From Octopus sinensis (taxonomy: Eukaryota), in NCBI RefSeq assembly GCF_006345805.1, contig NC_043019.1, forward strand, positions 13,763,360 through 13,827,359: a stretch of DNA of 64,000 nt. Reading direction: 5' to 3'. The notes beneath the pieces were generated by a model. The model made no database searches and had not been told where the DNA came from. It saw only the letters and a program-made list of their open reading frames with translations. Positions 1 through 12,844 of this stretch are shown here, in pieces. The first letter of the stretch is position 1. Every line of letters begins with the position of its first letter. The translations under genes and the position numbers were made by a program.

Positions 1-88
1 TAATAATGATAATAATAATAATAATAATGATGATAATATAATAAAAATAATAATAATAATAATAATAATGATAATAATAATGATGATG

Positions 89-121
<33 letters not shown>

Positions 122-185
122 TAATAATAATAATAATAATAAAATAATAATAATAAATAAAAATAAATAAATAGTAATAACAATA
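1..185. repeat. (AAT)n microsatellite
   Basis: Near-pure taa/tga triplets from the window start. Confidence 0.95.
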
Positions 186-588
186 AACATCTAAAAAATA
201 AAGAGACAACATACAAATTTATTATTTCGCATTTAGGAATGCGTTTTATTTTCCCCATGAAAATATCAAATTAAAGAATAATTTTATTTTTTTATAGAAA
301 AATTTATCTTAATCTAAAGAGTTTAAAAAGATTTTAAGGGAAATCGGGGCATCTGCTTGGAAGCTGTAACCTTGGCTTATTTGTAATGAGCTTGACAGTT
401 AATGTGTGACGGTTTGAAGGCTTGCCATTATGGAACTACGTGAGTTCGATTTAAATACAAGCGATCTTCAGAATACCTTTTTATCTTTTCACGCTTACTC
501 TTTTTCATTTGGTTCATTAGCTTGCAGCCACGTTGGAGGTACCTTGTTGAAGGGTTTTAGTGGATCAAATTCACGCCAATGCTTCAGT

Positions 589-1001
589 GCTTACTCTTTT
601 ACTCTTTTACTTGTTTCAGTCATTTGACTGCGGCCATGCTGGAGCACCGCCTTTAGTCGAGCAACTCGACCCCGGGACTTATTCTTTTTGTAAGCCCAGT
701 ACTTATTCTATCGGTCTCTTTTGCCGAACCGCTAAGTAACAGGGACATAAACACACCAGCATCGGTTGTCAAGCAATGCTAGGGGGACAAACACAGACAC
801 ACAAACCACACACCACATATATATATATACATATATACGACGGGCTTCTTTCAGTTTCCATCTACCAAATCCACTCACAAGGCTTTGGTCGGTCCGAGGC
901 TATAGTAGAAGACACTTGCCCAAGATGCCACGCAGTGGGACTGAACCTGGAACCATGTGGTTGGTTAGCAAGCTACTTACGACACATCCACTCCTGCACC
1001 T
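589..1001 (-). mobile_element. tRNA-derived SINE family A, full length
   Basis: Reverse complement of the copy at 55116-55537. It has a tRNA-like head (GGAGTGGCTGTGTGGTAAG ... GGTTCAGTCCC), an internal (TA/TG)n tract and a (GTAAAAGA)n tail. Confidence 0.9.
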
Positions 1002-1174
1002 TATCTTCTTTTACTTAAAAAAAATTCTGGTAATTAATTTTTCGGTCTCTAACCGAACTGTTAAGTTACAGGGACACAAATAAAACAACAGCGGGTGCAC
1101 TTGGTGTTTGGAGAAATATTTGTTACATGAATGTGAATGTTTTGTTAGATTAGGGATTTCTGTCTTTTAACTTT

Positions 1175-2100
1175 TGTTTGATCAGAGACGATGTGAGATG
1201 GTTAAATAGAGGTATGTAGTAGAGTTCAATATAAGGAGATATTTTGGAAAAGGATGGAAATAAGGTGTATAAAGAGAAATAAGAGAATAAAAGTAAAAAT
1301 TAAAATATATGTGGGATGTTATAGTAACATCATCCAAGGAAAGTGGTGTGTAGAAATGATACAAATGCATCTTGTACATGGTATGTAAATTCCTTTGGCA
1401 GTTCATATTTTGCCATTACAAATGGAAAGTGTGGAGAGTTACATTCTACGTGCTGTTCATTCAAAGGGGTCTTTTCGTGTGAGTGAAATTTTGAGAATCT
1501 AGTCGTAGTATTAAGTAGATAGAGAGAAGAGAAAAGATGTGCATGTTAAAATGAGGTGAATGGTCAAAAGGTATAGGCGAGGAAAGAAGAAGGAAAGAAA
1601 GAAAAAAGAGGAAGGAAAAATGAAAATGGTAGTGTTAGTTGGTGGCCAAGATATTATGAGAGGGGATGGGAGAGGAGTAGGGGAGGGAGAGGAAGAGATA
1701 AGAATGTAAAGAAGGAACATGTGTGAGTGGTGGGATGTGGGATGATATGTTTGAAAGGCACTAAGTTGGAGGAATGGGTATAGAAAATGGTACAGGGTGG
1801 GGATATTAAAGTGAGTAGAAAACCCCAAAAAGGAAGGGAGAATAATAAGATATAATGGCCAATTTTCTTAAAATAGACGGAGGTGTTTATTGTCCTGGCT
1901 AAGGTGATTGTCGGAGCCGAGGAATTCGAGAAAGAAAGAAAGACGCGTCTATTTCCTTCTATTTCCTTCTATTTCCCTCTATTTAATCATCTCACATCGT
2001 CTCTGATGAAGGAATAACCTTGATATCACAGAAGCACCTGTAAGAGTAACTGTCTCTTTAATAAATATCCTGAAAATTCCCCACTGCTTTGCATTTGTTG
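1175..2100. mobile_element. Decayed Penelope-like (PLE-type) relic with inverted ends; right end carries a hammerhead-like motif
   Basis: 1181-1208 is the reverse complement of about 1979-2007 (atttaa.catctcacatcgtctctgat). The same motif family occurs at 16.3-16.8 kb. No RT/GIY-YIG ORF was recognised. Confidence 0.45.
1999..2046 (+). ncRNA. Degenerate minimal type-I hammerhead-like motif
   Basis: TCT-CTGATGA-A-GG...-GAAGCACCTGT-A-AGA. The core is canonical, and helix III is two substitutions away from the GAAACAGCTGT of the 16.7 kb copy. Confidence 0.45.
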
Positions 2101-2164
2101 TTTCGTTATATATATATATATATATATATTATATTATATATGATTTTTTATTTTGATTTTTCCA

Positions 2165-2420
2165 GTTTCAGCTAATGAGCTGTGGCCATGCTGGGGCACC
2201 GACTAAAGGCGGTGCTCCAGCATGGCCGCAGTCAAATAACTGAAAGAAGTAAAAGAGTAAAAGAGTAAAAGAGAATATATATATGATGTGCGACAGGCGT
2301 CTTTCAGTTTCCATCTACCAGATTCACTCGCAGGGTTTTGGTCTGTCTGGGGCTATAGCAGGCGACTCTTGTCCTAGGTGCCACTCAGTGAGACTGAACC
2401 CGGAACGATGTGGTGGCAAG
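2165..2420. mobile_element. SINE-A fragments: two tails fused back-to-back plus a minus-strand head
   Basis: tgtggccatgctggggcaccgac|taaaggcggtgctccagcatggccgcag, followed by a head fragment at 2293-2420. Confidence 0.75.
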
Positions 2421-2768
2421 TTTATATATGCTTTGTGTGTGACTATATGTTGCTATGTTGTAATTCTTCACGGTGCTTCGATCAAACGTCTGGTGTTGTA
2501 GTCCACGGTTCACCAATAATAGGAGTGGTATTTAATAGAAGGAAACTATGAGAAAGTTTGACAAGAGACAGTCCGAAAGCTTACGGCGAAAATTATGGGT
2601 TTTGCTTGACTTGTTTGCCATAGAACTTACTATTCATCGACTGGTATTTATGACGAATCACCTTGACGCAGATGGGTGGGTGACATTAAAGTGTTTGATT
2701 TAACGTTAAATAGCGAAACGTATATCTGACAAGTTCATGCCTATCATTTTTATGCTGCACGTTAAGAC

Positions 2769-3305
2769 GGTGAGCTGTCAGAATCGTTAGCGCGCCAGGC
2801 GAAATGCTTAGCGGTATTCCGTCTGCCGCTACGTTCTGAGTTCAAATTTCGCTGAGATTGACTTTGCCTTTCATCATTTCGGGGTCGATTAAATAAGTGC
2901 CAGTTACGCATGGAGTTGATATAATCGACTTAATCCGTTTGTCTGTCCTTGTTTGTCCCCTCTGTGTTTAGCCCCTTGTGGGTAGTAAAGATATAGGTAT
3001 TCCGTCTGCCGCTACGTTTTGAGTTCAAATTCCGCCGAGGTCGACTTTGCCGTTCATCCTTTCGGGGTCGATAAATTAAGTACCAGTTACGCACTGGGCT
3101 CGATGTAATCGACTTAATCCGTTTGTCTGTCCTTGTTTGTCCCCTCTGTGTTTAGCCCCTTGTGGGCAATAAAGAAATAAGAAACGTTAGCACGCAGGAA
3201 CAAAAGGCTTAACGGTGTTTCCTCCGTCTTTACGTTCTGAGTTCAAATTCTTCCGAGGTTCATTAAGCGTTTGACCCTTCTGGGGTCGATTAAGTAAGTA
3301 CTGGA
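2769..3305 (+). mobile_element. tRNA-derived SINE family B, multimer (full unit + 183-bp truncated unit + third diverged partial unit)
   Basis: Head ggtgagctgtcagaatcgttagc and B-box-like GAGTTCAAATT. The second unit restarts at 2996 (ggtattccg). Confidence 0.88.
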
Positions 3306-3452
3306 CCCGATCATATCCTTTTTCTTCCCTCAAAAGTTTCTGCCCCCTTTCCAAAACTTGAAACCATTCAAAAATGTCTGTACGTGTTTGAGTATCTATA
3401 TATGTGTTTGTATGTGTGTGCGCATAAATATCACTGTGTTTCTCTATCTCCT

Positions 3453-3459
<7 letters not shown>

Positions 3460-3500
<41 letters not shown>

Positions 3501-3520
3501 CGTGTGTGTATGTATGTATG

Positions 3521-3554
<34 letters not shown>

Positions 3555-3728
3555 TATGTGTGTGTATATATGTGTGTGTGCGTGTGTGTTTGTATGTATG
3601 TATGTATATGTATATATATATATATATGTATATATGTATGCATGTGTATATATATATATACAGTGAGAAAGATATGAATGCGTATATAAATGTGCGTGTG
3701 TAGTGCACACACGGAGTTGGCTATTCAA

Positions 3729-3768
<40 letters not shown>

Positions 3769-3770
3769 TT
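3460..3770. repeat. (TA)n/(TG)n/(CA)n compound microsatellite
   Basis: Direct inspection; it explains the YI/VC/HT ORFs at 3358-3953. Confidence 0.95.
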
Positions 3771-4954
3771 ACGTGCACGGCCAAACAACTTGAGTTTTTC
3801 TATGTTGGCTGCCATGTTACTTTTAATTTATATATTTTTAATCTGGTAATTTTTATTCAGCGGAAACCGTTCAGGTCAACGCCTCCATCCGTCTTCCTGG
3901 GTCGACTTAATATAACAGCGGAGACGTCAATAAATCATCCGTATTTATTTTAAATTCGATCATCATAGAGATCATATTAGCCCTTGCATAATCTAGTTTA
4001 TTACTATTACTATTATTATTATTATTATTATTATCTTTTTTTTTGTCTTGTCTGTGTGTTATAAGACGTTCTACAAATGGCCAACTTTTAAACTCTTCGT
4101 ATTGATTATTTTTTTATCATCGTCCTCCTGCTCCGTAATTTTGCGTTGTATAGGTTTCTTGCAAAGATTCTTTACTTGCTTGTCATTCGTTGTCAACATA
4201 TAAAGCATGTTATGAAGCATGACAGCTGAATCATACGATTAACTTCTCGTTGTATATTTCCAATTTAGCAAACCTTATCTAATGGAGATTATTGGAAATT
4301 TTCTCCAATTTCCGAACGATGTAACTATCTCTAATTTCAGAAAAAAGAAAAAAAATTGATGCGGCGACGTAAACTTTATACATACGGACTTCATACAAAT
4401 TGAAGAATATTAGAATAAAAAAAAAAGACAAGCAAATACAGAACGCTACGTTAAAGGCGAACGAATGGACGATTCGGATTAAATATAGATAGTCTGTGAA
4501 AGACATGATTGGAATAACCAATATTAGATTTAATGCTTTGATAATTAAACGAATTCTTAGAAGTCGGAACGTGGATGTATTTATATTATCTTCTCAAAGA
4601 CCATACTTAATGCAGATTTACTTAAGACACATGTAGCTATAAGACCACCGAATGCCACATGTCTAATTTGACAGATATGTTTGCGAGTTTCTTCTCAGAA
4701 AACTGCAAAGATTTAAGGATCATCTTAGGTTACACGGGGTCTAGGATTATATTTCTGAATTTAATATTGATTTCAAACAGACAAATTATACATGGAATAG
4801 TGTATGTGCAAATTTTTGAAATTGCAGATTATGTTTTTCAATATCCATCTTGGTACACGAAGCAGTGGCTTTCCGTGTCTACAGTATATTTGTTCGAGCC
4901 TGGAGCACGTCGAGGGGAATTATTTCCTACTGATTTTCTATAGAAGGAGCTCTA

Positions 4955-5278
4955 ACGATAGTTAAGGGATGCACTCTGTAATGGCTGTTCGTGTTTCTAA
5001 TACCTGTTGCCTAAAACATATATTTTCTATAAGGAAGCCATGCTTTTCAATATCGATTCACGGCTCTCCTGCATAGTAACCGGGTACCGACGATACCTAA
5101 GTGATGCGCTCTGCAATGGCTGTTCGTGTTTCTAACACCTTTCCTCTAAAACAAGTATTAGGAAGCCATGACTTTTATTATCATTTCAGGGCTCTCCTGC
5201 ACGGTAATCGGGTATTGACAATAGCTAAGTGACGTGCTTTGCAATGGCTGTTCGTGTTTTTAGCACCTGTTGCCCAAA
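4955..5278 (+). repeat. Diverged ~130-bp tandem repeat, about 2.5 units
   Basis: aatggctgttcgtgttt at 4980, 5115 and 5243; ggaagccatg and ggctctcctgca also recur. Confidence 0.85.
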
Positions 5279-5619
5279 GTGAGAATTTTTCCCACTGAAA
5301 ACCCCTGTGAAAATGGATTTTTGCAAGTCAAATATGCCCCAAGAATATTTGAACTGATCTCAAACCGTATTGACTCGTAACCAGTAGTGAATCACGTTTA
5401 GTTACACCACAAGAATTATCGTATTTTCTCATGTATTAATATAGTACTACATGTGTTTTTTATTTACAATTAAGTGTAAAATTTTAAAGCAGCGAAACTT
5501 ATGCACGGATAAATATAGTACACACACACACACACACACTCACATACACGTACATGGCCCTACTAGTAGTTTAGAACTCACTTTGATGGCATGCACTGCT
5601 CTCTCACTCAATAATAATA

Positions 5620-5852
5620 ATGATACTTCCTACAGGAATTTCAAGGCCTGAAATTTGGGGCAAGTGATTAGGTCGATTACATCAATCCCAGTGCGTAACT
5701 GGTATCTGTTTTAATCGACCCCAAAGGGATGAAAGGCAAAGTCGACCCCGGCAGAATTTGAACTCAGAACGTAGCGGCAGACGAAATAGCGAACGAAGAG
5801 ACAGTCGAAATGCCGCTAAGCGTTTTGCCCGACGTGCTAACGATTCCGCCTC
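5620..5852 (-). mobile_element. SINE-B (alternative tail variant)
   Basis: atgaaaggcaaagtcgacc..gaatttgaactcagaacg matches the reverse complement of B; the tail matches 7440-7497. Confidence 0.8.
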
Positions 5853-5866
5853 CTCATCGCCTTTCA

Positions 5867-5901
<35 letters not shown>

Positions 5902-5925
5902 AATAATAATTATAATAATATAATG

Positions 5926-5967
<42 letters not shown>

Positions 5968-5969
<2 letters not shown>

Positions 5970-6059
5970 CCTTATCAGACGGGTAGTCATGATGGGTATA
6001 CTGGGCTTCGTATATTTTACCCCAGTGTCACTTTGATGGCATGCTCTGCTCGCTCACTC

Positions 6060-6062
<3 letters not shown>
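5968..6062 (+). mobile_element. Short retroelement 3' end terminating in (AAT)n (second copy at 5575-5620)
   Basis: cactttgatggcatgc.ctgct..ctcactcaataataat is shared by both sites. Confidence 0.5.
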
Positions 6063-6103
<41 letters not shown>

Positions 6104-6915
6104 TAATTCTTTCTACTATAGACACAATGCATGAAATTTGGGGGAGGAGACTAGTCGATTACATCGACTCTGGTGTATCACTGGTACTTGATTTATCGAC
6201 TCCGAAGGGTCGATGAAAGACGAAGTCGACTTCTATTTTTATTATTTCGGGGGTCGATACACGGCCCCGAAATGACGAACTCGTCGCAAGTAGTAATAAT
6301 AAGCACGTTTGGAAATCCATTCGAAAATTGGATGCGTTTGAAAACGAAAAATGACATGGTTAGAGTTGGAACATTTTTGATCAGAAATGTGCTCGTTTAG
6401 CGCTAACCTTGCGATAAATAACGAAACAAAAATTCAAACCAAAAAATATTAAAAAACTATCATAAAATATATCAATCATTTCCATGAAAGCTCCGGGTTT
6501 TTTTGTAGCCGTATAAAATGCGAAAGCTACAAGGATCATTTCACGCAAACTAATAAAAATTCACTGCAACGGAACGTTATAATTCCTTGTTGGATTCTTT
6601 TAAAATAAGCTCAAGCTTTTAATTGATATTTTAGAAGCGTTCTTCTCTTCCATTAACATTTGCATAAAGACCTTGAGCGCAGGTATGGCTGACTGGGCGA
6701 AATGTTGGTTTCGCAGCAATGGAGTTCCGGGATCGATCTCTCATTACGTCGCTTGGAACAAATATGTTTTTTTGTTGTTCTTTTTAAGTCAGGCAGATGG
6801 GATGGAAATAATGCTCATGCGTGTAGTGTATGTATGTATGCATATAAATATATATGCATGTAATGTGTATATGTAATGCATATAATGTATATGCGCATAT
6901 GTATATGTCATGTGT

Positions 6916-7223
6916 GGAGGCGCAATGACCCAGTGGTTAGGGCAGCGGACTCGCGGTCGGAGGATCGCGGTTTCGATTCCTAGACCGGACGTTGTGTGTG
7001 TTTATTGAGCGAAAACACCTAAAAGCTCCACGAGGCTCCGGCAGGGGGTGGTGGCGACCCCTGTTGTACTCTTTTGCCACAACTTTCTCTCACTCTCTCT
7101 TCCTGTTACTCGAGTAACGCTGCGATGGACTGGCGTCCTGTCCAGCTGGGGGGAACACAAATGCCACAGAAACGGGGAAACCGGGCCCATGAACCTGGCT
7201 AGGCTTCAAAAGGGCGACATTTA
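6916..7223 (+). mobile_element. tRNA-derived SINE family C (head 1 + tail X)
   Basis: A-box-like cccagtggttagg and B-box-like ggtttcgattcc. The head/body is shared with 59455 and the tail with 37431. Confidence 0.85.
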
Positions 7224-7289
7224 TCGTTTTATATGTCATGTATATATGCATGCATGTATTCCATATGATGTATATAAGCGCATGTAAGG

Positions 7290-7497
7290 AGGCGAGCTTG
7301 CAGACACGTTAGCACGCATGGCGAAATGCTTAGCGTATTTCGTCTGTCTTTACGTTCTGAGTTCAAATTCCGCCGAGGTCGACTTTGCCTTTCATCCTTT
7401 CGGGGTCGATTAAATAAGTACCAGTTGCGTACTGGGGTCGATCTAATCAACTGGCCCTTCCCCCAAAATTTCAGGCCTTGTGCTTAGAGCAGGAAAG
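7290..7497 (+). mobile_element. SINE-B (alternative tail)
   Basis: ggcgagcttgcagacacgttagc...gagttcaaattccgccgaggtcgactttgcc. Confidence 0.88.
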
Positions 7498-7683
7498 AGT
7501 ATGTAATCGCATGTTTACTCTTTAACTACATTGGTCTGGATTCAATGTTAGTAGGTGACACCTTGGAAAAGTGTCTTCTACAACAGCGTCAGGCTGACCA
7601 AAGCCTTGTGAGTGGACTTAGTTGGGGAAACTGAAAGAGAGTTGTATATATATATATATATATATATCTGTTTGTTTTGTTAT

Positions 7684-7920
7684 CTTTCGAATGATGTCAC
7701 CTCGCTGGTTAGGCGAGTAGACCAACGTTCCCCACTAATCGGAAGATTAATCCGTCGCGGGAGTTGCCCATTGATTCTTGAGTGTACTGCAACATAGTGA
7801 AACGAAGTGTTCCGTTTTGGACAAGAACACAACGTACCACTCGGCCAGGGCTCGGGGAATCAAACCCACGATCTTTCGATCGTGCGTACAACTCCCTAAC
7901 CACTACGCCACGCGCCTTCC
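7684..7920 (-). mobile_element. SINE family C (head 2 + tail Y)
   Basis: The reverse complement reads ggaaggcgcgtggcgtagtggttaggg...gttgtgttcttg...ctactcgcctaaccagcgaggtgacatcattcgaa. Confidence 0.75.
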
Positions 7921-8339
7921 ACATACAAGCAAAAAAAAAAAATACAATAAAATAAACCAACGATTACGAGATAAACAGACCGGATATTAATTAGGTTTGT
8001 AGTCAGAAATGCGAAGGAGCTGTCTGGTGTAGTAGAACAAGTAAAATACGATAAATAGCGTTGTATTGTTGTTTATTTACAGATTTGAATGTGCACAAAA
8101 ACGTTGGTCAATCGAAGTCATATACTGCAAAAAAGTCTGATAGTTTAGCGCACAATACAGTTAAAAAAAACAAGAACAGGATATGTTTTTACTATTTCAA
8201 TTAAGAACCAGTTAATCAATGAACAAAATAAAGTGGAATGATTAAAACATATTGATTAGGCTCGAAATCAATAGTTTTGCTTGGGATGGTTTGTAGCCAT
8301 ATGGATCGTTCCGCAGTAATGTTCTCTTATTGCTTTGTG

Positions 8340-8550
8340 ACTCTCTTTTACTTGTTTCAGTCCCATTTGACTGCGGCCATGCTGGAGCACCGCCTTTTTT
8401 AGTCAAGCAAATCGAACCCCAGGACTTTTATTCTTTGTAAGCCTAGCAGTTATTCCATCGGTCTTCTTTTGCCGAACCGCTAGGTTACGGGGACGTAAAC
8501 ACAGCAGCGTCGGTTGTCAAGCGATGCTGGGGGAACAAACAGAGAGACAC
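8340..8550 (-). mobile_element. SINE-A 3' half
   Basis: gactgcggccatgctggagcaccgcc...gccgaaccgctag matches the other A copies. Confidence 0.85.
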
Positions 8551-8632
8551 AAACATACACAACACACACAAACAAGCACACACACACACACAACCACACA
8601 CACACACACATATAGAGATATATATATATAAA

Positions 8633-8689
<57 letters not shown>

Positions 8690-8721
8690 TATATATATAT
8701 GTGTGTGTATGTATATATAAG

Positions 8722-8766
<45 letters not shown>

Positions 8767-9169
8767 ATGAGTATATATCGGCACACACACACGCACGCGC
8801 CCACGCACGTGTCATTTGTAAAGCACTAACACCGGTGTTCCTTCTTATCTTTGCACGTTTATATTCTGAAAACATACTCAAACCAAACAGAAAATTACCG
8901 AAGGCAGCATCAACGATACAAAAGTAGCCAAATATTTATCTCTTCCAGATCTAGATAATAATTTCTCTCTCCCTGTTTTTACTACGGTTCTCACTGTAAA
9001 AATTTGTTTACTCTACAACTCACGTGGATGGAAGCGGGAGGAATGCAGAGCCTCATTCGTACTTTTTGAATTTGCTGGTACTGGCAGTTGAAGATGGTTT
9101 GTCTGAGATTACTCATATCAGACGAGTATGTTCAATATTTAGTGCTCTCAAATCCAAATATAAGAAATG

Positions 9170-9232
9170 TTGAGCTGACGAAGGAAGTGTTGAGTTTTAA
9201 ATTCAACTAATCCAGAAACGTAACGTTCTCAA
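9170..9232 (+). ncRNA. Type-I hammerhead ribozyme candidate with canonical core
   Basis: TTGAG(I)-CTGACGA-A-GGA..GTTGA/TCAAC..TCC(II)-A-GAA-ACG taa CGT(III)-T-CTCAA(I'). All three helices pair by eye. Confidence 0.65.
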
Positions 9233-9574
9233 ATGATCTTTGTACATGTGATAATTTGCTATTTTTCCCTCCATATCTGCGTAAATTATTTTTGAGTAAA
9301 CACTATCTGGGAGACTTTTCTTATAGTAGAAGAAATAGCTAAAAAAACTTTTTGGCTGCTATTTCTAAAGGTTTCAATGTGTGGTAACGTAAATTATTTT
9401 ACTGAGCCCTAATTATATAACGTTATAATGTTCTTTATAAAATTATTTTAGCATTTTCTATTTTGACTTGTTTTTTCATATATATCAACTCGTGTGTTCC
9501 TTTTCACCCTTATACATATATATATATACACACACACACCATATATATATATAGAGAGAGAGAGACAGAGAGAT

Positions 9575-9690
9575 ACAGAGGAGAGATGGAGTGGATGGGA
9601 AAGAGTGAGGAACATGGGGAAGGAATGAATATGAGATAGAATTAAAATGATCAATTCTGTGATAAACGGCAACCTCTAGACACGGTACCC
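9575..9690 (-). mobile_element. Unclassified interspersed repeat (second copy 14145-14262, + strand)
   Basis: ctagaggttgccgtttatcac..aattgatcattttaat is shared in opposite orientation. Confidence 0.7.
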
Positions 9691-10442
9691 TTACCAGCAA
9701 TTAACATAAGAAGGATTCTTTGTGAATAACCATACTGAGAAATAACCATTGTTTAACCATTTCGACAGCTTCGCACTCTTTCCCGATCGCACTCTTTCCC
9801 GATCGCACTCTTTCTGTCATAACCCAACATACGTGACTATGGATGAGGATAAGCACGGAAACCGAATGGAAGATAGTAAGTCTGGATCAATTCTAAATAA
9901 AGTTAATTCTGTTGTGTAAATATTAGTACATATTTTTATTTATCGAAATTCGATTTCTGTTGAAGCTCAGTCGTTCGTTTCCTTATCAGCAATAATGTAT
10001 TGTCTTTCTAAACGCCTCAGTCTTTTTATTTTTATTATTATTAATGTCCGGCTATCGGTTTTAAGAGAGCGAGAGACGGAGACAGACGGACAGAGACAGA
10101 CAAACAGAGAGAACAATAATTTATTCCAATGGCTGCTTCTTTGTTTACGTACATCAATCAGTTCCGACTTTATTTGCATTCAGAAAGCAAACTCGATTTT
10201 ATATCCAATACATTCACTGTTTCTGAACTTTGGCAAAAAGATCATCGGTTGCGTCTGTCTGCAAATGTCGTCTGTATGTATGTATGTATGTATGTATGTA
10301 CGTCGCTCTGTGAAGTCTGTCCGCGTTTTACGTCGCCGCCGTCGACAACACAAAGAGGAAATTAGCGATCCTCTTCGTGGAGCGAAAGAAAAATACACGA
10401 ATGCGCTTGCAGCTTTTGTTTCGTTGCTAATAAAATGCGCCA

Positions 10443-10463
10443 TTGATAATGATGATGATGATG

Positions 10464-10508
<45 letters not shown>

Positions 10509-10678
10509 GTACTAATAATGATAATAATAATAATAATAATAATACTAATAGTAATAATAATAGTAATAATAATAATAATGATAATAATAAAAGTAATAAT
10601 AATAGTAATAATAATATTAATAATAATAAAAGTAGTAATAATAATAATAATAATGATAACAATAATAATAATAATAAC

Positions 10679-10744
<66 letters not shown>

Positions 10745-10902
10745 AAGAATGAGAATAAGAATAACAATGATGATCTTAATAATGAAGATGATGATGATGT
10801 TAATTATAACGATAATACTAATAGTAATGATGATGATGATGATAATGATGATGATAATGATAATAATAATGATGATTATGATGATGATGATGATGATGAT
10901 GA

Positions 10903-10940
<38 letters not shown>

Positions 10941-11335
10941 TCCGACAAAATAATAATGGCGGCGATGATAGCAACAACCACAGCAACAACAGTAATAACA
11001 ACCACAACAAGAATATTAAGAGTACCAATAAAAATAGTCATAGTGATGATGATGATGATGATGATGTTGCTGCTGCTGCTGGTGATAATGAACATGACGA
11101 TGATAGTGGTAACAACACAGATGAAGATGGTAATGATGATGACGTTGATGATGATAATGGTAATGATGATGATGATGATGAGGAGGAGGAGGAGGATGAC
11201 GACGACGATGATGATGATGATGATGATGACGCTGATGATGATGAGGATGACAATGATGATGATGATGATGATGATGGTGATGATGATAGTGGCGATGACG
11301 GTGAGGATGGTGATGACGACAACGACGAGTCGACG
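10443..11335. repeat. ~0.9-kb compound trinucleotide microsatellite (AAT > AAG > GAT/GAC)
   Basis: Direct inspection; it produces the poly-N/K/D and poly-I/L ORFs. Confidence 0.95.
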
Positions 11336-12323
11336 ACGATGTTGATTTAGAGAATTGAACACTTTTCTTTTTTTCTTTTTTTTTCTTTTTTTTCTTTTTG
11401 TATTTTTGTCTGTCCTCACCTGGTCATTATTATTTATTATCATCAGGATCACTTTTAGCTGCTGAAACTATCAACGCTAACACGAGCAGGAAATCAAACA
11501 AAACACGAAATAATTAAATACCGCAAAAAATATCTTTGTTTCTTTTAAAATTTATTATTATTATTATTATTCTCCCTTTCTGTACAACTGTTGATGTTGA
11601 TACTAATGCTGCTGCTACTGCTGCTACTGCTGCTGGTATTGGTCTTTGTACAACAGCTATTTCGACTATTTCTCTTGCTGCTACTAATGTCGACAATATG
11701 GCGGCTGCTGCGAGAGTTTCCGCCATGTTTTCTTTTTTAAAAAATTTTTTGTCCTGTACTACTAAAAACGTTTGTCTTCTACGCACACAGCAGTGTGTGT
11801 GTGCATGCGCGTGTGTGTATGTGTGTGTGTATGTGTATGTGTGTGTATGTGTGTGTATGTGTGTTTGTGTGTGTGAAATAGCAACGCATTGGTTACGACG
11901 TTTGGAACATGTTTTGATGTGCCGATCAAATAACGGCAGAAGAACATTATTAATTAAGGACGCTGTAGTTTGCTTTTGAAGCTAATAACTCTGATTCCAT
12001 TGCTCGGTTTTCATTAGCTTTTCTGATTATTGCTGTTGATGTATATACATCTAGTCTCTTGTCAATTGTCGTTGCTTTAATCAAATAACAGCAAGTAATT
12101 CGACTTTGATTGTTTCCCACACAATCGTCTCTCCTTAATTGGTGTTAGATAATAAAAAAAAAGAAGAACCGTTCTGGAATGTTCTTGCGTGTAAATTACA
12201 GGAACCGCAGTGAAGGGGAAGATATGTTTTGTAATATCATTCCTGCCTGTAACTGAGTATGGATGATTTTTCTGTTGAAGGGATGTGAGCTCACGATTGC
12301 AGACACGAAATATTTGCTCAATC

Positions 12324-12368
<45 letters not shown>

Positions 12369-12402
12369 GTATATTATATTATTATCATATTATTATTATT
12401 AT

Positions 12403-12655
12403 TCAGTAGTTTTATTTTTATAGCGTGCTTTCACTTCACTACCGAGCGCAGCTCTGTGTGCCTTGGGTATGTGCTGTGATTTGTTGTGATGCTCTGATGG
12501 TTATTGTATGGAAAGTGTTCTGCGTAGGATGTGTGCAGTGCCTAGTAGTGCAATTTTCTGTATGTTATATGTGTTTGTAAGTCCTGGTGTTTTTGTTATG
12601 TATTTGTCTGAATATTTTTTTATCATGCCTAATGCACCTACTATGATAGGAATTA
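12403..12655 (-). mobile_element. 3' end of an R4/Dong-like (REL-endonuclease) non-LTR retrotransposon inside an (AAT)n tract
   Basis: The minus strand reads IIPIIVGALGMIKKYSDKYITKTPGLTNTYNIQKIALLGTAHILRRTLSIQ* (stop at 12501-12503). This fits the R4/Dong C-terminal pattern (VxGALG...QKxxLLGTAxILR). Both flanks are (AAT)n. Confidence 0.75.
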
Positions 12656-12704
12656 TTATTATTATTATTATATTATTATTATTATGATTATTATTATATT
12701 ATTA

Positions 12705-12735
<31 letters not shown>

Positions 12736-12806
12736 TTATTATTATTATTATCATCATCATTATTATTATCATTATCGTTATCATTATTATTATTATTATA
12801 TTATTA

Positions 12807-12844
<38 letters not shown>

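Noticed and set aside
9995-11452. Longest ORFs (451, 341 and 300 aa)
   Set aside because: Compound trinucleotide microsatellite; the AAT/GAT and ATA/ATG frames are stop-free by construction and no domain is recognisable.
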